From the human T2T-CHM13v2.0 reference genome, Homo sapiens, in assembly GCF_009914755.1 (NCBI RefSeq), contig NC_060933.1: a stretch of DNA of 64,000 nt. The stretch is one strand, 5' to 3'. The notes beneath the pieces were generated by a model. It ran no database searches, was not told where the DNA came from, and worked only from the letters and a program-made list of their open reading frames with translations. The translations under genes and the position numbers were made by a program. Numbering within the stretch: the first letter of the stretch is position 1; each line of letters begins with the position of its first letter. Positions 55,461 through 64,000 of this stretch are shown in pieces.

Positions 55461-56727
55461 CTCCCTTAACGTGGTCCTCTTCCTCACTGTGCCATTCACC
55501 CACTCAGAAAATCCACACACTCCCTGCGCCCTGCACCCAGCAGTGCGCCGCGGACAGATAGGTCACGCCCTGCACCCAGCACTGCACCCAGCACTGCACC
55601 ATGGACAGACAGGTCAGCACACAAGGCTTCTGCTTCCAGGACTTCCAGACAGGACACTCACTTTTCTGACTGGCCCCCGAAGTCTTCCAAGAACCTCCAA
55701 TCTCTCAGGCCAACAGTTTCCCTCAAGGTCTGTACCTTGTGGTACCGTGGGGAGCGGGCCTCACCCACCCTCCTGCAGGGCCTTCCACGTGATTCATGCC
55801 CCTGGCAGAACCCAGCGTGCGTCATGGCCCAGAGCGAGTGTGGTCCATCTCAAGGCCCTTTTTACGGCCTTTTCCTGCTGACGCCAACCAAGGCAGGTGA
55901 AAGCACCAACAGGCCGTTTCACAGAATGAAGGGAATGAAGGCCTCATTTCATCAACTCCTACCCCGAGGCAGAACCCATCCCCTTACTAGGAAAGGCAGG
56001 CACCCCAGCCTGCCCCGGCACCCCCGCCATGTCCATGGCCTCCCCCACCAGGAGCTAGGAGGGCTGGACACAAACCCACATCCTCGCTCAGTGCTCAGTG
56101 GGCCAAGCCTGTCACCCACAGCAGGAACTTGCTGGGTCAATGTTATCTGCCTCTCTCCCTCCCTACCTGGCCTCCCACACTTGGCTTACCTCCCATCTTG
56201 GGGTCTGTTTCTGGGGGGCCCAGCCTCAGAGCCTTACAAAACAGGATTAAATAAAACTTGCCAGCCCTGGGCAGAGACTGTCACTCACACAAACCCCTCA
56301 ATTTTCAAAACACGACATGTATTGCGGAAAGTATTAGCAGCAGCAACAGCCCCAGTTTACAGATAAGGAAACTGAGGCTCAGAAGTGATGTGGCCAAAAT
56401 CACACAACTGAGAAATGACAAAGGACACAAAGTCTAGCTCCCTCCAAAGTCTCTGAGCCCCCAGCCTGCCTGGCATGGCCAAGGGAAGCCCACACGGGGC
56501 TGCTCACCCAAGAACACAGAGGCACAGTGCCCTGGGTCCAAGAGAGTGTTGAGCTCTAAGAGAATATTTAAATATCTCATACCTGTATGTTCACCTTTAT
56601 ACCTATGCAGTCACAGAATAGAACTTTCAATATTTGTCAGGAGAGAGGGACCCAGGAAGGCAGACGGGTCTCCTCCAACCCTCCCACACTTCTTCTCTTG
56701 TCAGGGGACTTTTAAAAATGCTATGTT

Positions 56728-57029
<302 letters not shown>

Positions 57030-57347
57030 TGCTATGTTGGCCGCCTCTAGGGTCATCCTCCCACAAGGGGATCCTTTCTGCAGCAGCTAGGTTAGGATGG
57101 GGTCCCTCAACCCCTGATGGAGGAGGCGACAGTGAGATCCTGAGTGGACTCTGGGACCAGCATCCTCTGGCCAGCAGTCCAGGGGGGCAGTCCCCCCAGC
57201 CCCGCCCAGCCCTGCCTCTCCTGGCCTCACCCTCGATGGAGGAGGAGACAGTGAGACCCTAGATTGGAGCCCTAGTAAGAAGATGGGCTCTGCCTCGGGG
57301 TTGCAGTTGATGAAACGAGGCCTTCATTCCCCACAAGGGAGAGGCTA

Positions 57348-57650
57348 TTTATTTTAATTGTGGTAAAGTACACACAATGCCACAAACCTTCCGCACTATG
57401 GAGTTGTGGAACTTTTTCATGCCTGGCAAACAGACCCCCAAGCCCCTGAGAACTCTCTCCCCAGCGCCTTCTCCCGGCAGCTACGCATCTGGCTTTCTGT
57501 CCTGCGACGGAGCTGCTATTCTGGACGTTTTAAGGGAATCACGTGGGACTTGTCTTTCAGGCCTGGCTTCCCCGCCTTAGCATTCCATTTTCCAGGTTCA
57601 TCCACAGATATTCTACTGCATGGACGGACTCTGTGTGGATCCCCCATTCA
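57348..57650 (-). mobile_element. L1M 3'UTR fragment
   Basis: TTTATTTTAATTGTGGTAAAGTACACACA...CTATTCTGGACGTTT...CCAGGTTCATCCA resembles an antisense L1MB 3' end. Confidence 0.55.
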
Positions 57651-58721
57651 TCCACTGAGGAAGCCACTCCTTTTATCCCCATCCTACAGAGAAGGAAACT
57701 GAGGCTCCAGGAAGGTCAAGCTCAAAAGCACACAGTGTGAGCAGCTCCAGGACTCCAGCCTAGGTCCTAACCACACTGCCCTGTGCCTGGACACCCCAGG
57801 GCTGAAGGGGGTGCCTCTCCTACAGCCAGGGACTGCGGCCAGAGGGGAGCGACCACGCAGCGAGGCTGAGGTGCTGGGAGTTGCGGAGCCCAGCTCCAGG
57901 CCCAGGCCACGCCCAGCCGCCCTGCCCCAAGCCTGCCTCCTTCCAGCTCTGGAATGAAAACAAATAAAACCAAGAGGGACTTCAGGCAGAGTGAGGGCCC
58001 CCCAGCATCCCACGAGGACCTCCGGCATCCAATGGGTGCCTGGTGTCCATTTGAGGAGCAGCCCAGCAGCTGTAGATGGAACAGCTCAGATCTGAAGGGG
58101 GTCTTGGCTTTCACCAAAATGACTGCGGGATCATTTCTCTCTCCCGTCCCAGCAGAAAGATGAGCTGGGGCCTAGGGGAGGGAGGCACAGATGGCCCAGT
58201 CACAGAGGGCAGGAGGGTCTCAGGATGCGGCGCTCATGAGCATGAAGGACTAGAACCTTCCGCCACCCCAGGGGGCCTGGGACACAGAATGTTGCCAGAC
58301 AAGGATTGTCTAGGCACCTTGTGCACCGGGGACACGTGGCAATGGCCCTGGGGCCAGTCACCCTCCACGCATGACAGCTGTCACTTACCCAGGCAAATGA
58401 CATGACAGGCGGTCCATCCCCATCCACGACAGCTGTCACTCACCTGGCACCTCTGGTTCCTGACAACAGTCAGAGGTGGGACATTGGAGCTGCAGGCAAG
58501 TGTCCAGAGCCTGCCCCTCAACACGCAGCCTGCAGCCCCTGCCGGACGCCAACCACAGACACGCCAGAGAACAGAACAAGGCAGAAAAACCAAAACATAG
58601 GCCTCAAAACTCGGGGGAGCAGCCGAGGTCAAGGGGGCAGCACCTGAGTCAGGAAGGCCACGCCAAGTCCAGGTGGCTCAGTACCTCAGGCCTCTGCCCC
58701 TCAGCTGGCAAAGGGGATGGG

Positions 58722-58852
58722 GCGTCCACCTGCCCTGGGGCACGCAGCTCCCACGCCCCCTGCCTCTGGAGATGTCCTACGTGTATGCGTCCACCTGCCC
58801 TGGGGCACGCAGCTCCCACGCCCCCTGCCTCTGGAGATGTCCTACGTGTATG
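58722..58852. repeat. Perfect 65-bp tandem duplication
   Basis: GCGTCCACCTGCCCTGGGGCACGCAGCTCCCACGCCCCCTGCCTCTGGAGATGTCCTACGTGTAT at 58722 and 58787. Confidence 0.96.
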
Positions 58853-61800
58853 AGACAAATGTGATGATCCCAGAAATGTGGCTGAAAACTGGACACACAT
58901 TCAAGACCAGGAGCGGGGAGGCACACGGTGTTCGAGGGTGAGGCCAGGACAGGCAGGGCTGGGCAGGGCTGGGGAAACTGCCCTCCCTGGCCCGCCTGCC
59001 AGAGGATGCTGGTCCCAGGGTCCACTAGGAGGATCTCACTGCCACCTCCTCCATTGCAGGCTGGGGGACCCTCTCCTACTCCAGCCACTGCAGAAAGGAT
59101 CCCCCTGTGGAAGGATGACCCTGGAGGCAGCCAACACAGCATTTTTTAAAGTCCTTAACAACAGAAGACAGGCAGGCACCCCCTCCCCACCCCTATGCAG
59201 ATTTCAAAGAACACAGGGCTGGGAGGCCTTGAGGAAACTTGGAGACGGGCTCCCCGACCCTGGGAAGGCCACAGCCCGCAAGCACCTGGCGGGTCACGGA
59301 AAGATACCGCGTGTTCGCGCTGCCTTTGAACCCAAAAGTACAAAACAAACCAACAGAAATACTGATGACTTCAGGGCCAAGCTGGCCTAGGGGACAAGGA
59401 GTAGGTCTGTGAGAATGATTTGTCTTCATCCTTACACAAACTCTGTAAAGACTGACAGATGAACCCCACAAAACAGAAACACTGTTTCCAGCAGCATCAG
59501 GATTGCAAAACCTGCAGCTGCCAGGCAGCAGGAGACCTAACTCAGGGGCGCAGCCGCTCAGTCTGGCCCAAAGTTCAAGCTCCCACTGCCCAGTCCTGTC
59601 CCCTCCACGGTCCTGTATTTGTCATTCTTGTTTATCTTTTGGATTCAGAAGCCAAACAGCGTCTCCAGCTCCAGGCAAAGAGTCCTTCAGAACACGAAGC
59701 TTCAGGGGACCAAAAACCGGGCACCTGAGCAGGGGGCTGGCCCCGGTGAAGAAGGGGGCTCATCAGAGCTGAGGGGGTCAGGGCAGGGGAGTTCGCTGGG
59801 TTTAGGGTCTCCTCCAGCCAGCTCCTGACCCCAGTGTGAGAGCAGGTCTGCAGGTCCCGGAGCGCCCACCCCAGCCGCGTCAAGTGGGCACATGGGGAGG
59901 GGCACTGAGGCTTCGGAAGAGCTTTCGTGCCAGGGGTGGTGGTGTCGGAGAGGCGAGCTCATGGCTCCACCCTGCAGGGGCTGGGAGACATGTCCGCCGA
60001 GCACTTCCCACTTGCCAGGCACCGGGCTGACAGCCGGGTCCTCGGCCAACCCTTGGGAGGGGCTCCTAAAATACCCCCTTTGACAGCGGAGAATGCAGGG
60101 TCCAGAGAGGCGCCACGGGTCTGCCACGAGGTGCTGAGCCAGGATCTGAACGCGGCTGTCAGAGGCTCAACGCTGTGTGTGCGGTCTCCACCCTAGGAAT
60201 GTGTCGGCCGCTCAGTGCCCAACCACACACGAAGCCAGGCCCAGAGGAGATGCGTCCCCAGGCAGGGGCTGCATGAGGACGGCTCGGCTCCCAGGGCAGC
60301 AGGAAGGAGCGGACGCCGCAGCGGTCCGGAACTCGGACAGAGGATGTTGACAGGGAGGGAGGACAAGCAAATGAAGACTTCCTGCAGCAGAGACACAGAG
60401 CCCGGAGCCACGGCCGCCGGCAGGACAGGCAGCCAGGCACTAACCCGGGCCCGGCCCCGCCTCCGGCCATGTCCCGGAGCCCCACCACTGACCTCTGGCC
60501 CACGAGGACCTCCTGCTGTCAGCCTGCTGACTTTGCCAGGGCCCCGAGCTCCCCAACAGGCCCCAGCTGAACTCACTCAGCTGAAACGGCATTCGGGGAG
60601 CACAGGTGCTAGTGGTGAGGGGAAGGCGGCGCCAGCTGCGCACCCCACCGCCCTGTCACCTCGTCAGGGAGCCTGCCGGCGTCACCTGAAGGCAGCCCTG
60701 CCTTCTGCCTGCCTTCTCTCTCTCATCTGAAAGTGCCATCTTCCTCTCTCCATTCATCCTTATTCTGTGCCCCCTCCAGAAAGCCAGCAACACCAAGCAC
60801 AGGGTTTCTGCCTCTGCGGCTCAATGCCACGAGCCAGTGCGCGACACACAGAGTAGGGTGGAGAACAGGCTGGGCCACCAGCCACCCGGGAGCAGGAGGC
60901 CCAGGACCGGAAGCCATGTGGCCAGAGGGCAGAGCTGGTCAGCCCTGGGGCCATCTCTGGACTCAGGCACCTGGTTCTCTGTCTCCCAACCTCCCACCAA
61001 CCCAAGGGGCCATTTTGCCGGTGGAGGGGGGAAGTGAATGGCGCTCCAGAGGCAAGAGACCTGCACGGGCTGGCACGAGGCCTCAACCCCCACACAGCTG
61101 CATGACCTCAGACTGGCCCGTCACCTGTCCCTCCTTCATCCATTAACCAGGGCAGAGCCGCCCCCACCTGGTGCTGCCCAGAGTCTTCCAAGGACCAGGG
61201 GAGGTGCCAGTGCTGGGCGGTCCTGAAACAAACCCACCCAGAATAGAGAAAGGGCATGTGTCAGGGCAGAGGGGCCCTGGCAACAAGATCTTTCCCCAGG
61301 GCACTGGGGTGCTGCCCCCGACCCTGACACCGCAGAGGCTGATCATCACCCAGCTGCCCGACCAGCCATGGGGCATGGCCACCTCTCTGGAACCTTCTAT
61401 CACGCATCTCCCTGGGTCTCAGACTCATCATCTGCTGCAGGGAAACACCATCCCCTGCAAGGCAGAGGGAAGAACACCAAGCAGGTGGCCCAGTGCCAGC
61501 CAGGTCGAGCTCTGCAGTGAGCGGCAGCCGCTGCCTTATGTCTCTACTCATCAGAGCTGGTGGCATGCAGCTTCCTCTGCCCCAACTGCTGCTGGAACGC
61601 AGATTTCAAAAACTGCAACACCCCTTCCAGCAATGATCCAGGATGAAGCACTGTGGCAGCGCCTCCAGTCTGTGGCCACACAGAGCCCTCTCTGTAGAAC
61701 AACCACCTGTCTCCAACCCTTAGCTACCAAAAGCCATCTACTTTTCAGGGCATCTCAAGTACCACCTCCTCCGGGAAGCTCTCCGCCATCACCCTGCCCC

Positions 61801-63147
61801 CAGGGATCTAAATACCTCATTTGCTGAGGACTAGCACAGCTTGCTGTTGACCCTGCCAACAGCAAAGCCTGCACGTGCCCCATCTTCGCCCAGTCCAACC
61901 CAGGAGGCCCTGGGGAGAAGCAGGAGACGGGGTGAGGCCCCTTCTTCAGCGTCCCGTGTTGCCAGCAGGTTTTCCTCACTCATGGTCCTCATGTGAGTAT
62001 TAACAGCTCCCTTCCCCATCTCAGACTTAGGTGTTGTAGGACCATCTGGCTCACCTGATTCTGCTTGCCCCAGAATGCCTCCTTCTGCAGACAGGCACTA
62101 GTGACCACGACCACACCCCCCACTATACCCGTGCAGTGTCCAGGTGCGCCCAGCAGCGCGCCCAGGGCTTCACCTTCCACTTGGCGGCGAGAGGGGAGGG
62201 GAAGAGAGGTGGGTAGTGAGGCGGCAGTCTCAGGAAGAGAGCCACTCCCTCAGGCCGCCCGCTGCACTCTGCTCTGATGCTGAGGGAGGGCAGGCGGCGG
62301 GTGAGGGCCGGTGCCCTTCACTGGGAGTGAGCCGCCGGGCTCGGGGTGAGGGTGCCGAGTCCTGAGGCTCAGTGGGCCCTGCTGTGGGGTAGAAACTGCG
62401 CTGGGCGCCAGACACACACTTTTTGCACCAAATCTTTCCAAGAGTCTGCAAGGTGGCCACCGTCATCCCATTTCAGACAAGGAGGTTGAGCTCGAGGGAC
62501 ACGGCCACCAAGAAGATGCTATGTGTGGCCAAGCGAGTGTGGTCCCCACTGCCGCCCCTGCGGGCCACTCATCGTGTTTCCAAGCATTTCCAAGGATCTC
62601 TTTCTGGCAGTGTCATTCCAGACACGAGGAGCCCGGCCTCTGTCAGGAAAATGGGGCTGAGAGCAAAGCCCCCTCTAGACTGCCCCAAGGGCGGGGGTGG
62701 GGGTCATGGAGGCGCTCAGCCCGCTTCCTGGCACGAAGAGGGCCTGGGAGAAAGCTTTGCTCTTACTGAGCACTTGCTGTTGGACCAGCCCCTGCCAAAG
62801 GCTTTAGATACAAATGGAACAGTAAATGCAACAAACTGTGCGACCCGGAAGGGGAAAGCCCGGGGGACCAAGAGCCCTTGTCAGGGGACTCGAGCAGGCC
62901 TGGGGGCAGGAAAGGCTTCCCAGGACAGGCCTCTAAGCAGATGGCGGCAGTGAGCCAGGCAAGAAGGTTCCCCTCCAGGGAACTGCAGGGGAAAGGCCCT
63001 GAACTGGGAGGCACAGGAAGGTGGCCAGTGTGCCTGAGGCTGGGGCACCGAAGGCCAGGGAGACTCGGCAGGGGCGACGGCCGGCCGGCAGGAGGGTGCC
63101 TCCAGGGCAGGAGCACCAAACTGTGCATGGCTGCAGCACACGTGGCC

Positions 63148-63540
63148 GCAGACTAGGCTTGTGGGGCAGGAGGCCGCAAGAGGGGCACCTGGGACGGGGC
63201 ACGGCCAACCAGGCTGGCAGGGCAGGAGGCCACAAGAGGGGACCTAGGACGGGGCATGGCAGACTCTGGCTGGCAGGGCAGGAGGCCCCAAGAGGGGGCC
63301 TAGGATGGGGCGCGGCAGACTGGCTGGAGGGGCAGGAGGCCACAAGAGGGGACCTAGGACAGGGCGCAGGAGTCTCTGGCTGGCGGGGCAGGAGGGCGCG
63401 GCAGACTCCGGCTGCCGCCTGGTTTTGGAGGGCTGGCCGCTGTGCTTTGCAGGGCCCACCATCTGGTTTTGCAGGGCGCGCCGCCTGGTTTTGGAGGCCC
63501 CACTGCCTGGTTTCATAGGGCCCGCCGCCTGGTTTTGTAC
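63148..63540. repeat. Two adjacent GC-rich minisatellites (~55-bp x ~4.5, then ~22-bp x ~6)
   Basis: GGCAGGAGGCC(A/G/C)CAAGAGGGG units followed by GCCGCCTGGTTTTG units. Confidence 0.85.
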
Positions 63541-63803
63541 ATCCTGCAAGCTAAGAAAGGTTTTTACGTTTTTAAATGGTTGAGCAGGGTGGTGGGGGAA
63601 GCGTAAGAGTAATATTTCATGATATGTGAAAATGATAACACATTTCAAATTTCATTCTACAAAAATAAATTTCATGGGAGCATTGCCACGCTCCTCCGTT
63701 TACAGACCACCCAGGACTGCTGTCGTGCTGCAAGGGGAGAGTTGCGTAGTCGTGACAGAGACCGTCTGGCTCAAGAAACCTAAAATATTTACCATCCAGG
63801 CCT
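63515..63803 (+). mobile_element. MER58B-like hAT-Charlie DNA transposon
   Basis: GGCCCGCCGCCTGGTTTTGTAC...GCAAGCTAAGAAAGGTTTTTACGTTTTTAAATGGTTG...GACAGAGACCGTCTGGC...AAACCTAAAATATTTACCATC. Confidence 0.8.
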
Positions 63804-64000
63804 GCGCTGGAACATCTGCCGCCACCTGCTCTAGGAGAGAGACGGCAGTGGCCGGGCTGGGACACCGGCAGAGAAGGAAGTGACTTCAGGGGCAGTCAGG
63901 AGGGAGACCTGCTGGGGCCTCAGCTAGGGGCTCGGGTCTGGGCATCTGCATAAAGCCAGGGTCTTCCACACTGGCCCCACCAGGTTGCCAACGCTGTCCC

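Overview
Human (primate) high-GC genomic DNA lying inside the VAV2 gene (chr9q34), transcribed on the minus strand. The only coding sequence I can support is one 117-bp, phase-0/0 exon at 19906-20022 (-). It encodes [39 protein letters not shown], part of the calponin-homology (CH) domain, which I recall as exon 2. The rest is intronic: intron 1 to the right and intron 2 to the left. The introns carry about 14 Alu/FLAM copies, several nested L1s, MaLR and ERVL LTRs, hAT-type DNA transposons, a complete 960-bp HERV-K(HML-2) LTR5_Hs-type solo LTR with a 6-bp target-site duplication (TSD), and many simple and tandem repeats. Almost all entries in the ORF track are artefacts of GC-rich or repetitive DNA. 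I found no evidence of a new multi-gene system. The most unusual observations are: (i) a ~150-bp patchwork at 2292-2439 stitched from three nearby same-strand templates; (ii) a ~230-bp inverted duplication, matching no repeat family I recognise, that predates an Alu insertion; (iii) a perfect ChoRE-geometry tandem E-box at 30204-30220; and (iv) inverted Alu pairs and RBP-motif arrays around the in-frame-skippable CH exon. Repeat subfamily names come from recalled consensus sequences, and boundaries without a TSD are approximate.
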